Assembly: GCF_009834535.1 (NCBI RefSeq)
Contig: NC_045696.1
Span: 5,396,001-5,460,000 of the forward strand
Direction: 5' to 3'
Length of the DNA stretch: 64,000 nt
Origin: Camelus ferus
Taxonomy: Eukaryota
Shown piece after piece: positions 1 to 11,535 of this stretch. Under the pieces are notes generated by a model that saw nothing but the letters and a program-made list of their open reading frames with translations, was not told where the DNA came from and ran no database searches. A program made the position numbers and the translations under genes. The first letter of the stretch is position 1. The number at the start of each line of letters is the position of its first letter.

Positions 1-330
1 GGCTGTGCGCACAGAGGTGGCCTCCCTTCCTCCGGAGCAGCAGACGCCTCGTTAATCATCAGCCCAGCTGAGAACGCCCCGCCTTGGGGCCAAGGCTGCC
101 CTTGCACTTGGCCTCCACCCTCTCTCTGGCCCGGAGCCTTTCTCAGCCCCACTGTTGCCCGGGCGGGAGGCCGGCGGCCCCTTCCTGCCCGTGTACGTGC
201 ACGTGGACGTGCACGTGGACGTGGCCTGCTGCCCGCCAGCCTTGCTCCCTGGGCTCCAGCACAGGCCCGAGGCTGGCCAAGCCGGTTCCTTCGGCCAGCC
301 CGGCTCCTCCATGTTCACAAGAACAGTTCT
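1..330. promoter_or_regulatory. GC/CpG-rich promoter- or enhancer-like segment at the window edge
   Basis: CpG-dense relative to the rest of the window. Contains a GC box CCCCGCC (~77-83), HNF1-like GTTAATCATCAGC (51-63) and a tandem NACGTG array (194-223). No gene can be assigned. Confidence 0.5.
188..223. repeat. Hexamer tandem array CCCGTG-TACGTG-CACGTG-GACGTG-CACGTG-GACGTG (E-box/HRE cores)
   Basis: Read directly from the sequence: five contiguous ACGTG cores, two of them perfect CACGTG. Confidence 0.9.
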
Positions 331-733
331 TTTGTGAAAGGAAAAAAAATAGTCCTGAGGGCGAAGTCTTCCGGGATGGGGCCAGTTTAGAAGTCAAGTT
401 CAATTCCCAGCAGAGCCACCGCTCAGAGGTTTCTGCAGACACCCACCCTCTCCCAGCCCCTTGGAAGTAACAAGGGAACTTGGCTGTTCAGAGCCCTGGC
501 ACTTCCCAGAAAAGACCACCCCCCAAAATCCTGCAGCACAGCACTGTATGGAACTGTCTGCTCTCTTACGGTTCTTTTGGAATAAGTGGCTTGTCCCCAC
601 CACATTCTAATTCTGTCATGGGACTCAGGGTCCAGGGCTTCCGCACAGAATAGGTGCCAGTGGGACATGTGGACTATACACTTAGAGAAGGTCCTGAAGC
701 AAATAAATAGGGGGAAATGCTGCGTCTTCCAGT

Positions 734-1308
734 TGAAAGGGATTGGAATATGCCACCCTGAAGTATGCCACTTTTGCACAAGGATTATTTTTAAAATGAA
801 GACCTTTGAAATTGAACAGATTGAAAAAAAAAAAAAAAAAAAAAAGGCCTTCCCAGAGCTTCCCTTTTTCTGACTAAAAGCAGCAACTCCACCAACTCCA
901 AGGCTGCCATGAATTCCTCTCCAGGGTGGATCTCCTCCCCCTAGGGGAACACAAACAAATCTACTCCAGATCCCTTCTGCAGCAGAATTTATGGTGCCGA
1001 AGAAGATGGAAAGGCTGCTCATACCTGCACAGACAAATATTACTACTGCTTTCTTAATGCCTGTCCATCCTGAAGAAATGTATACGTTCTTCCCATATTT
1101 CTTACCCCTTCCCTTTCCCTTACTAAATTAGCTACTAAGTCATTAACCCTAACCATTTAATGAGTCAGGTACTTCCCTTGTTGGCTCCCATATACACACA
1201 AAATATACTTTTTTCTCCTGTTAATCTGTCTTTTGTCAGTTTAATTCACAAGCCTTTTTCACAGAACATAAAAGGGTAGAGGAAAGTACTCTTTCCCCTT
1301 CCCTACCA
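734..1308 (+). mobile_element. ERV1-class solo LTR, MER34/MER39-like
   Basis: Starts TGAAAGGGATTGGAATATGCCACCCTGAAGTATGCCACTTTTGCACAAGGATTATTTT, the typical MER34-group 5' end. Ends AAGGGTAGAGGAAAG...CCCTTCCCTAC. Internal A-run at 825-845. Confidence 0.65.
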
Positions 1309-1730
1309 GGCTCTGTACTAGGACCTGGTCAGAAGAATGGTGAATAGGCAGGTAGAATTGGGGAGTCAATATATTCATCAAACAACTTCATAAATACACG
1401 TAAGATTGTAGATCTTGTTTAGGAGCTGTGTCCCCAAAGACCTAGCATAATTCAAAACTCAGATAATTCCAACAATGAGCCACGGAATAAAAATCTAAGG
1501 CCAAGGTAGCTCGTTATTGTCCTAATTTGCTTTTTTTTTTTTTTTTTAATTTTCTTGGTTTTAGTCCTTCCTGATGTTTAGAGTATCAGTCGGCACCAGG
1601 AGTCATGAGGACTGGCTTTCAGAGCACAGTATCAACCAAGATTTCTAGCCCTACCCTCAGCCTCAGCACTGACTACTGAGAGAATATTGTTAGAGCTTCT
1701 AGAAAATTTCAAGTTATAATAACAAAGTGC

Positions 1731-2227
1731 ATATGGAGAGGGGGAAAAACACTTTACCCCCCTCAGCCTATGGCTGTGGCCCTAGAAATTAAATAGACAA
1801 AGCTAAGTTAACAAGAAAAAAAACAAGAGATTGGCAGGAGTTTATTAACACATGCTGCACACAAACACGCAGGAGAAACAAGCCCTAAGCGTGAGTTAGG
1901 GCTCAAGCTTAAATGGTATCTAACAAGACAATGAATTCGTAGAGAAGTGACAAGAAAAGGAGTTTCGGCTTTGGGGGGGGTGGCAAACTGCAGGAAGGTG
2001 AGCGTCTGGGCGAAACTACTGTAAGATAAGGGTTGTCTTGATAAGGTTTGTCATGTGGATTCTGATACAAGCCTCCGGCGATTAAGATCGTTTTGCCCTT
2101 CCTGGTACAAAAGAGAAAGGAGGGCAGAGAGTTTGTTTGGTGTCTGCTGTTTCTCAATTATCTTCAGCTTAAAATAATCCTTTGCCAAAGTGGCATACTT
2201 TAGAGTTGCACGTTCTGACCCCTTACA
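1731..2227 (-). mobile_element. ERV1-class solo LTR, MER34-like, opposite orientation
   Basis: Reverse complement begins TGTAAGGGGTCAGAACGTGCAACTCTAAAGTATGCCACTTTGGCAAAGGATTATTTTAAGCTGAAG, the same family motif as 734-1308. Confidence 0.65.
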
Positions 2228-2979
2228 AGTGCCATAACAGCTCTGCATGTGTAATGATCATAACCACGCCCAGAAGTTCCACAGCACTGAGCAGGGCCCT
2301 CCAGCCCGGGGAGGGGGGGGGGGTAACTCCTGTCCACCAGTTACTGAGAGGCTACCCCGGGGCAAAGTGGAGACACTACCTACAAGTCACTGGAAATGCA
2401 GCTCAAGTTGTGTGGTCCTGAGGGACTTTTAATTCTAATCTGGGAGGTGCTCATTTCAGAGATTTTACTAATATTTTTAGCCCGGGCTATTTTAAAATCA
2501 CAAAGCTTCAAATTTACATAAAGCATATTTACACTGTAATTCAAATTGCAGTAAAATCTCTGAAGGCAGCTTTGATGAGAGGGTGGGGTGGAGGGGGGAG
2601 ATTCTCTGAGGAAACTGGCTTTGAGCCGGGGTCAGTGTGGGTGTGGGGGGCATGTCAGGAGTTAACTGGGTAGGAAGGTGGAGGCTGGGGAACCACTCCT
2701 GGGGCAGAGGGAACAATGTGCACCTCCGCAGCAGGATAGGTGGCAGGAGGCCTGGGACCCTGAGAACATTAAAGAGACTTATGGAACCTGAATGCTACTA
2801 GGTGGGGAGCCAAGGGGACCTCAGATGAGCCCAGAGGGGACACAGGGTCCAGACCAAGGGTTCAGGCAAGGGGCTGGTCTTGATCTTCAGATATAAAAAG
2901 GGTAAGTGGAAAAACTTTGAAATGGGCAAAGAAGTTTGTGGGGTTAGCTGCTGTCTTTGAGCTACTGAAAATTCTAATT

Positions 2980-3458
2980 CTTTGATGCTTACTTTTTGTG
3001 TCAACTTGACATATCATGGGGCACCCAGATACGTGGTTAAACATTATTTCTGGTTGTGTCTGCGAAGGTGGCACTTGAGTCAGTAGACAGAGTAAAGCAG
3101 ATTCCTCCCCAGAGGGGGCAGGGCCTCCCCTAATCTACAGGGGGCCTGAATAGAACAGAAACTGGAGGAAGCGGGAATCTCCGTCTCTTGGACCGTTTGG
3201 CTGGGACACCAGTCTTCTCTTGCCCTAGGATGTTGGTGCGTCTGGTTCTCAGGCCTTGGGACTCAAACTGCAACTGACACAGTCAGTCCTTCAGTGCTCA
3301 GGGCTTCAGACTTGGGCTAGAATGACACCATGGGCTCTTCTGGGAGCTGGCAGCTGTGGGACTCTCAGCCTCTGTAATCACATGAGCCGATTTCTCATAA
3401 TGAGTGAGTGAATGAATGACCGATTGGTTCTGCTCCCTGAGAACACTGACTAATGTAC
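2980..3458 (+). mobile_element. MLT2-family (ERV-L) LTR
   Basis: TGTGTCAACTTGAC...CCCAGATACGTGGTTAAACATTATTTCTGG 5' signature and ATTGGTTCTGCTCCCTGAGAACACTGACTAAT 3' signature. Confidence 0.75.
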
Positions 3459-3834
3459 AGTTGTAACAAACGGATGGTAATACAGATGATCCCAGTGTGT
3501 AGAAATGCAAATGAACCTTGGTGAACATGCAACTGACTTTTGCCCTGCAGATATCAACCAGTTTTGCATCTATTTGTAAATTTTTCAGCATTCATGATGG
3601 TACATAGACGTGTGTGTCCTTTGAATTTTCCATTGGATCTGTTGTAACACCTTGCTTGTTCCCTTATTAACTGAGTTAAATAAAATCTGGGACACATTCC
3701 TATTAGATTTGTATGAGAGCCATGATTTCAAACCCATTACAGGAGCTCTTTGAGGAATTTAAGTGAACATGTGGTGTGATCTCTGCAGAATACTTTTTAA
3801 ATATTTAAAGTATTTAGATTGAATCATATAAAAG

Positions 3835-4341
3835 TGTTGCCGAGTCCAAGCTCATACTGCTCACCATATGACAGGCCAATAAATCGGGAGATGAGGTGTG
3901 GGGGCAAGTAATAACAGCTTCATTCAGAAAGCCAGCAGGCTGAGAAGATGGTGGACTGGGACCCCAAAGAGCAAACTTACTTGAGTTAGAATTCAGGCTT
4001 CTTTTATATTAAAAAGGGGCCAGGTGTGGCTGGTTGTCACAGACTTCTTGGTGTTGGAATCCTTTGTTCTTGCAGCTGCCCACACAGGTCTGGTCACAAT
4101 GTTCCTATAAATCTCCAACAAGACAAATGTTATTCTCTTTTCTGCAACTTTTTAGCTCCGTATGGATGGAAAAGTGTTGTACCTTTAAAGATCTAAGCCT
4201 TGAAAATGGGCTGTCCTGTATATATCCAGCCATAGGCAATATTCTTTTAGTGATTAACCTGTAGCAAAAGCAATAGAATACAAAGATTAAAGCAAAAGAA
4301 ACAGATCCAATATTAAGTCAAATTTGTTCTTCCCTGTTACA
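3835..4341 (-). mobile_element. ERV1-like solo LTR with 4-bp TSD
   Basis: TGTT...TACA termini flanked on both sides by AAAG (3831-3834, 4342-4345). Length 507 bp. Confidence 0.8.
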
Positions 4342-4944
4342 AAAGTGCCCACATTTAACTCTTTTTCACCTACAGAGACAGCAATTTCATATTAGGCTCA
4401 ACCTAATATAAAGAGGAAAACAAAATTCATCTGAAAACATGACCCCTAGGTAAGCATTATAGATTGTTAACAAGTAGCTTCCATTACTTTCCTTATTACA
4501 AATGATATATATTAACTATGGAGAAACTAGAAAAAATTCAGGTGAGCAGAAAGGGAGGAAATTTTTAAAACTGACTGCTCTCAAGTTCAACATGTAAAGA
4601 CAAGCAGTCAGTAGCATGGCATGTATCTGCTAAAAATAAAAGGTTCATATTTTATCTACTACTTAGTAATCATAATTTACTTAATACATTATAAGCTTCT
4701 GCCCCGGTCAGTGAACGCTCGCATTATTTTTAACGGCTAAGCGTGATTTCGTCAAATGAAGATGCGTCACCTATTTCAGTAGATTCCTGCTGTCGGGCTT
4801 CACGTAACTTGCATTTCCGACCATTACACTTGGTGGTGCACGTCCTCACAGCTGGGTCAGAGCTTAGACACTGAATGATTTCCTTGGGATCAGGTCTGAA
4901 AAATGCAATTGCTCCAATAAAGACAGTAAAAGGATCGGTGATCT

Positions 4945-5260
4945 TTAAGGGTGGGAGGATGAAAGAGGATTTTTAGGGCAGTGAAAATACTCTGTGTGAG
5001 ACTATAATATTAGATGCATGTCATTTTACATTTTCTAAAACCCATAGCATGTACAACACCAAGAGTGAACTCTAAGGTCAGCTAAGGACTTTGGATGGTT
5101 TCAGTGTAGGTTCATCAATTGCGACACATGTACCCCTCTGGTGAGGGGCTGATGGGGGGAGGCTATACGTGTGTGAGGGCAGGGGATACATGGGAACTCT
5201 CTGTGTCTTCTGTTCAGTTTTGCTGTGAACCCAAAACTACACTAAGGAACAAAGTTTTTT
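4945..5260 (+). mobile_element. Old L1 3' end (L1MC-like)
   Basis: GGATTTTTAGGGCAGTGAAAATACTCTG...TGTACAACACCAAGAGTGAAC...TTTTGCTGTGAACCCAAAACT resembles the L1MC1-type 3' UTR. Confidence 0.65.
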
Positions 5261-5716
5261 TTTCTTTTTAATGCAGTCCCTAGGTCGGAAGACATGCACA
5301 CTGTAGGAAGTCCGAAACATCCTAGATTAGCAAAACGCTCTCCAAGATAATTACATTACCCCTAGCAGCTAATGTCCAATGCACCCAACACCGTCAGCTA
5401 TTTTAATTTTTGACAATTTAAATGGCCAAAATTTTTTTCAGTCGTTGTTGTTTTAATTACACAAAGAATGTGTTGTCAATGTAGAAAATGTAGAAATTCA
5501 GAAACGTACGCAAAGATCATTGAGCAGAACGCAGGACCTTGCCACCCAAGGAGACCCACCATAGAGTGCCATAAACCCTCCAGTCCTCTACGTGTGTGGA
5601 TGTGCACCTGTGGGTCTGAGCGTGTGACTGCGTATGTCATGGATCATTCTTAACTTTTTATTGAATTATTATATATGTTTTTGCCCACAAACCTTGCCTT
5701 TTTTCACTTAATCTAC

Positions 5717-6177
5717 TCTACTGGCTTGAATAGTGTCCCCCTCAGAAGGCGTGTCCACCCAGAACCTCCGAAGGTGACCTTATTTGGATATAGGGTCTTA
5801 GTGTTTAGTTAAAGCGAGGTGAGCTCATACTGGCTTACAGAAGGCCCTAAATCCAGCATGACTGGCGTCCTTACAAGGAGAGAGACGTGTGGACACAGAG
5901 ACACACGCAGGGGGAAGATTATGTGAAGACACAGGGCGGCCGCAGAGACAGGAAGGATACGGTCCCAGGACAAGGAGCACCAAGGATTGCCAGCCAGCAC
6001 CAGAAGCTGGAAGAGGCAAGGAAGGGCCCTCCCCTAGAGCCTCCGGAGAGAGCCCGGCCCTGCAGACACCTTGCTTTCAGGCTTGTAGCCTCCGTGTCTG
6101 TGAGACAATAAGCGCATGTTGTTCTAAGTCCCCTAATACGTGGTGCTTTGTAATAGAAGCCCTAAGAAGCTCATGCA
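5717..6177 (+). mobile_element. MaLR LTR (MLT1B/C-like)
   Basis: GGCTTGAATAGTGTCCCC...GTGACCTTATTTGGA...CCAGAAGCTGGAAGAGGCAAGGAAGG...GCCCTGCAGACACCTTG. Confidence 0.8.
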
Positions 6178-7169
6178 GCCACTTGCCTGCATGGCTTCCG
6201 TGTTTCTCCATAAATTTATGCATTTTATGAAATAATTTTAAGTGGATTAAAAAGTGTTATGTTTTATGGATGTCCTATCAGTTATTTAAGTAATTATTAT
6301 TAAACATTAAATTGCATCTGTATTTTTTTACTTTTTTTTTGGCATCTCTATTTTTTTCATTTTGTTTTTCCAAGTGTGGGTTTATTGCATCTGTATTTTA
6401 ATAGGTAGAAATCTTTTCCTTGAACAACCATATATACTTTCATGTATTGTACAATAGAATATGATGTTGTTTGTACAATATTATAATCATTTTAAATTTA
6501 ACAATAAATAAGTATCGTTCCATATTATTAAAAACCATGCATGAGGGTTGCTTTAATAGCTTCATAGTAATATGCTACGTGATGATGCATAATATCATTA
6601 TAAGTAAATCATAGTAACTGGGAGAATGCCCAAACCCTTAAACACGATGTTGTTTCCAGCTTTTCAATATCGCGAATGATACTGAGATGAACGTATTTGT
6701 TTATGTAGAGGGTTGGGTTTTTTGCCTTTTTATTTGCGTTTGGTAATGTACCTCATCTTGGGCCCTTTGAATTAGAATCCTACGTCCAAACATTATTCAT
6801 TTTACAATTATTGAAAGAGTTCAATTCAATTCCAGAACTACACCAATTTACAAGCCCATGCAGTGTCTGAGACGGCTTCCCTCACCACCCCCTCAGCAGC
6901 ACTGAAGATCACTGTTCTCGTGAGTGCGGTTAACTGGGGTACAAAGGTAATACATCCCTCTGCAAGAAGGAATTCGCAGAACGCTCTCTGTCCATTGCAC
7001 TCCTCAATCACACAATCTCAGAAGGAAAGCTGACTAGAAAAATGTGTCCTTAAAGTCACAAGGGCCATTTTGCCCTCTCCTGCAGGCATGTCTTTATTTA
7101 GGTTATTTCTAACATCAATCATGTCACTAGGGACATAATGAGCTGCCTTGGCCCAGGACAAACAGCAGA

Positions 7170-8110
7170 AAATTCACACTCTATTTAAATCACCCCCAAA
7201 ACTTAGTACCTTAAAATAAGAGCCATCGTTTATTTTGCAACCTGGGCAGAGCTCAGTAGAGACGACCTGCCCAGAATCACACAGTGTCAGCTGGGACAGA
7301 TCAGCCGGGGCTGGACCAGCCTCCAAGGTGGCTCATTCACACGCTGGAAGGTTGGTCCTGATGCTGAGGATCTTCACTCCTTTCCACATGGGCCTCTTGA
7401 TGCACTGCTTGGGCTCCCTCACAGCCTGACAACTGGGTTCCAAGAGCAACTGCCCCATCAGACAAGAGATGGGGAGCTACTAGTCTTTTAAAGCCTGGAC
7501 CTAGAAACTGGCAATGTCACTGTGTTAGTTTTCTGTTACTGATAACAAACTGCCACAAATTTAGTGACTTAAAACAATACCATTTACTATCTCACAGTGC
7601 TGTAGGTCAGAAGTCTGGCCAATTTATTTCTTTTGGGAGCCAGATTCACTTACTTGTGGTTGTAGGACTGAGGTCCCCGTTCCCTTGCTGGCTGTCAGTC
7701 AAGGGCCACTACCTGCTCCTAAAGGTCACCTGCCTTCCCTGGCACGTGACCCCCTCCATCTCCTAAGCCGACAATGATGCATCACACCCCCTTCTGCTTC
7801 CAATCTCCAGCTTCCCCCGTGCTGCCAGCTGGAGAAACCGCTCTGCTTTTAAAAGGCACATGTGGTTAGACGGGGTCCACTTGGACAGTCTCCCTCTCAC
7901 CCTGTAATGTAACATAATCAAGGAGTGGCGTCACTCAAAGGGGAGAGGATGTACATAGATGGGGGTTATTGCGGGGTCATTAGAGTTCTTCCTACTGCAA
8001 TCATCCCATTGTATCCTATTGGCTGAGAAGTCACAGAATCCAGATTCAGGGAGGCCCCCTCAATGGAAGATGTCAAAGAATTTGGGGAAGGGGTGTCAAT
8101 GTTTTAAAAT
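7170..8110 (-). mobile_element. Nested MaLR LTRs (older MLT1 interrupted at ~7520-7995 by a second MLT1)
   Basis: CACCCCCAAAACTTAGTACCTTAAAA...TCCAAGGTGGCTCATTCACAC, then inner TAACAAACTGCCACAAATTTAGTGACTTAAAACAATACCATTTA...CTCTGCTTTTAAA. The outer element resumes ATCCTATTGGCTGAGAAGTCACAG. Confidence 0.6.
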
Positions 8111-8835
8111 CATCACACCCTCAGATCATCTTGGCTTGAGGAGAAACCCTGAAGGAATGGCAGGGATGACCTGTGTTTACAAGGACATCCTCACCAAGCA
8201 GGCTCCCAGCTCTAGACCTCAGGCAGCAGGTGTCCTCCATGTGACAAGAGGCTTTCTAAGGGCAACCTGGTTTCTGTCGCTGGGCAAAGAGTAGTGCCTG
8301 CTGATGGGTAAGAGGGCTTCAAAATGTGCAAAATCTTTTCAAAGCAGTTATTAAATTAGGGAGTCTTCTAGTGGTGCCCTAGCCCCAAGCCAGGGGGTCC
8401 GCATTTTAGTTACTGCCCTATTCACGGCCTGATACAGTTCATACATTAACGGTTGAACAAAAAGCAAAATAAAAGTAGCCCTTAAAAGTGAACGTAGACA
8501 ATTCAAAGACAAATAATTTTTTAGAAAACGAATTCCAAAGCATAGGAAAGTATCAAATGCCTTTGGAACACCATTATCTAATTTCTCCTATTTTTACAGC
8601 AGAGTTCTCATTTTAGGCATGTCAAAATGGCTTGACACATCACAGGTGCGTGTGGTTTAAAAATGATTACATCGCCCTTTTTTGGCAATTCGTGCTGACA
8701 CAAGGGCTCCAAGCTGCCTGGGAAATGAAACTCGCTGGATGGTAACGTGGGCTCTGGTCGTGGGATCTTTCTTGCTTCTGAGGATGAGAGTTAAACTGAC
8801 TTTGCCTTCAGCTATGAACATCTATCAAGCAAGCC

Positions 8836-9880
8836 ATTATGGGTTGAGTTGTGTTTCCCCCCAAAAAAAGTTTTAATCCACACCTGCAGGACCTCAGAAT
8901 GTGGTCCTGATTTGGAGATAAGGCCTTTACGGAGCAATCAAGTTGAAATGAGGTCATTCAGTTGGCCCTTTATCCAACTTGGCTGATGTCCTCATGAAAA
9001 GGAGAAACTTGGACACAGAGACAGACATATGGCGAGGGAAGACAGTGGGAAGAGACGCCGGGGGAAGGCTACATGAAGACAGAGGCAGGGACTGAAATCC
9101 TGTTGCCATCAACCATGGAATGTCTGGGTCTACCAGAAGCTGGGAGAGGCCAGGAAGGATGCTCCCCTATAGGTTTATAGAAAGAGTATGGCCCTTGACT
9201 GGACAAAGAAGATGTGGTATCTTTATACAACGGAATACTATTCAATACTATTAAAAACTGACAACATAAAGCCATTTGCAGCAACACGGATGCTCCTGGA
9301 GAATGTCATTCTAAGTGAAGTAAGGCAGAAAGAGAAAGAAAAATACCATATGAGATCGCTCATATGTGGAATCTAAAACAAACAAACAAACAAACAAAGC
9401 TTAGATACAAAACAGAAATAGACTCATAGACATAGAATACAAACTTGTGGTTGCCAAGCGGGCGGGGGGTGGGAAGGGATAGACCAGGATTTCCAAATTG
9501 TAGAATAGATAAACAAGATTATACTGTATAGCACAGGAAAGTATATACAAGCTCTTATGGTAGCTCACAGAGAAAAAAATGTGACAATGAATATATATAT
9601 GTTCATGTATAACTGAAAAATTGTGCTCTACATTGGAATTTGACACAACATTGTAAAATGATTACAAATCAATAAAAAATGTTTAAATAAATAAATAAAT
9701 AAGTAAATAAAAGCAACATGATAAGTGAAAGAAACCACAAAAATAGAGAGAAAAAAAAAAGAGTGCGGCCCTGCAGACACCTTGGTTTCTTTCTTCTGGC
9801 CTCCGAACTGAGACAATACATTTCCGTTCTTTCAAGCCGCTCAGTGTGTGGTTCTTTGTTCTGGCAGCCCCAAGATACAA
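8836..9880 (+). mobile_element. MLT1C-like LTR split by an L1 insertion (9196-9757)
   Basis: TATGGGTTGAGTTGTGTTTCCCC...ACCTCAGAATGTG 5' half. GGCCCTGCAGACACCTTG...GGCAGCCCCAAGATAC 3' half. Confidence 0.8.
9196..9757 (+). mobile_element. 5'-truncated lineage-specific L1 (3' UTR type A) with 15-bp TSD
   Basis: ORF2 C-terminal remnant (PFAATRMLLENVILSEVRQKEKEKYHM) plus 3' UTR and A-rich tail. TSD AAAGAGTATGGCCCT (9181-9195) / AAAGAGTGCGGCCCT (9758-9772). Confidence 0.9.
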
Positions 9881-10349
9881 ACCAGTGTTGGCTGAACTCA
9901 CTGTTTTCCCCAATGGCTTGCCACCAGTCACTGAAATTCCCCAGTCCAGTGAACCTTCTCTGGTCTCATTTCTCTCCTGCCCCAACTCTGATTTATTCAC
10001 CTGCTGTATTGCCTTCAGAAATGGAAGTTGAGGTCAGTGGGTGGTTCGGGGTTTTTTATAATATCCCAAGGAGATCTGCATCTCAAGTCTTGAACTAGCT
10101 TAATATTACTTTCTCTTCCCTCTTTCTTTCTTTTTGTGTGTTTTCTCTCATCCAGTACGTGCTGCTGATCACACTTGGGTTATCTGTGCTCCTGTATTCT
10201 TCCCATTCCATGGAACACGTTGGCCATCTCTGCCTGCTAACAGAACTTCCCCTTTGTGGTCTCTGTCTTCGGAATTCAGGGACTAAGATATGTTCATCTT
10301 TCTCTTCCCAACAAGGCTTGATACAGCACCATGCACAAAGGGGTACCCT

Positions 10350-10765
10350 GTGCACGATGGCAGACATGCCCCAACATCCACTTTCTCATATTCTATGGCA
10401 ACAGAATCCTGCTCTTCAGTTGTGCACAAATACAGGCTGATTCCCCAGCCCTTCTGTTGTGCAGTGAAGCATGGCTGGGCACCTCGATTCCCATCAGTGG
10501 GATGTGAGGGGATCTTGCCTTTAATGAGGAGTCTGTTCTCCTGTCTCTGTTTTCGCACATTCCTACCAGCTGGAGAGTGGGGTGAGAAGGAGCCAGTGTA
10601 AACCACACCCCCAGGGGCATTGGGAGCACTAAGAGGGATCTGAGGAGGCTCTTGGAGAGCAGGGCTGCCTCCCATGGAGGCTTTTGCATAGAGAAATAAA
10701 CATCTGCCTTGTTCAAGACACTGTTATTTTGGTCTCTTTAGCAGCCAAATCTATACGCCAACCAA
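10350..10765 (+). mobile_element. Old MaLR LTR (MLT1J-like)
   Basis: GAGAAATAAACATCTGCCTTGTTCAAGACACTGTTATTTTGGTCTCTTTAGCAGCCAAA 3' signature. Confidence 0.55.
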
Positions 10766-10924
10766 CATGAGAGGATTCACGGGTAAAAGCTGGAGACCAT
10801 TAGGGAAATTCAAGGTTTGCTACACAAAGTTTTGGTCCTGGGTAATTAGAAAGGATATGGATTTGAGGGCCATAAATGGTGCAAGTTACTACCAGACCCA
10901 GTTTCTCTTTTGTAAAATAGTGAT

Positions 10925-11535
10925 TCTTCTACATTGTTGGTGGGAATGTAGTTTGGTGCAGCCACGACAGAAAACAGTATGGAGGTTTCTCATAAAACTA
11001 AAAATAGAACTACCATATGACCCAGTAATCCCACTCCTGGGCATATATCCAGAAGGAACCTTAATTCAAAAAGACACATGTACCCCAATGTCCATAGCAG
11101 CACTATTTACAATAGCCAAGACATGGAAACAACCTAAATGTCCATCAACAGATGACTGGATAAAGAAGTTGTGGCATATTTAGACAAGGAATACTACTCA
11201 GCCATAAAAAAGAATGAAATTATGCCATTTGCAGCAACATGGATGGACCTAGAGACCATCATACTAAGTGAAGTAAGCCAGAAAGAGAAAGAAAAATGCC
11301 ATATGATATCACTTATATGTGAAATCTCCAAAAAAATGACACAAATGGACTTATTTATAAAACAGAAACACTCACAAACACTAGAAAACAAACTTATGGT
11401 TCCCGGGGGGAAAGGGGTGTGTAGAGAGATACAGTGGGAGTTCAGGATTTGCAGATACTAACTACTGTATGTAAAATAGATAAGCAACAAGGTCCTACTG
11501 TACAGCACAAGGAAATCTATACTCAATACCTTCTT
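10925..11535 (+). mobile_element. L1 ORF2 C-terminus/3' UTR fragment (type B tail)
   Basis: ORF track peptides LHCWWEC...[15 protein letters not shown]...TIAKTWKQPKCPSTDDWIKKLW and EYYSAIKKNEIMPFAATWMDLE are the canonical L1 ORF2 C-terminus. Confidence 0.9.

Noticed and set aside
52..470. Overlapping ORFs at the left edge (MEEPGWPKEP..., HVHVHVHVH, CTCTWTCTW)
   Set aside because: Open frames are expected in GC-rich DNA, and the repetitive peptides simply translate the NACGTG array. No recognisable protein or convincing splice structure. A first exon cannot be fully excluded.
423..1022. 199-aa minus-strand ORF
   Set aside because: Runs antisense through an LTR and a poly-A run (poly-Phe), with no domain similarity.
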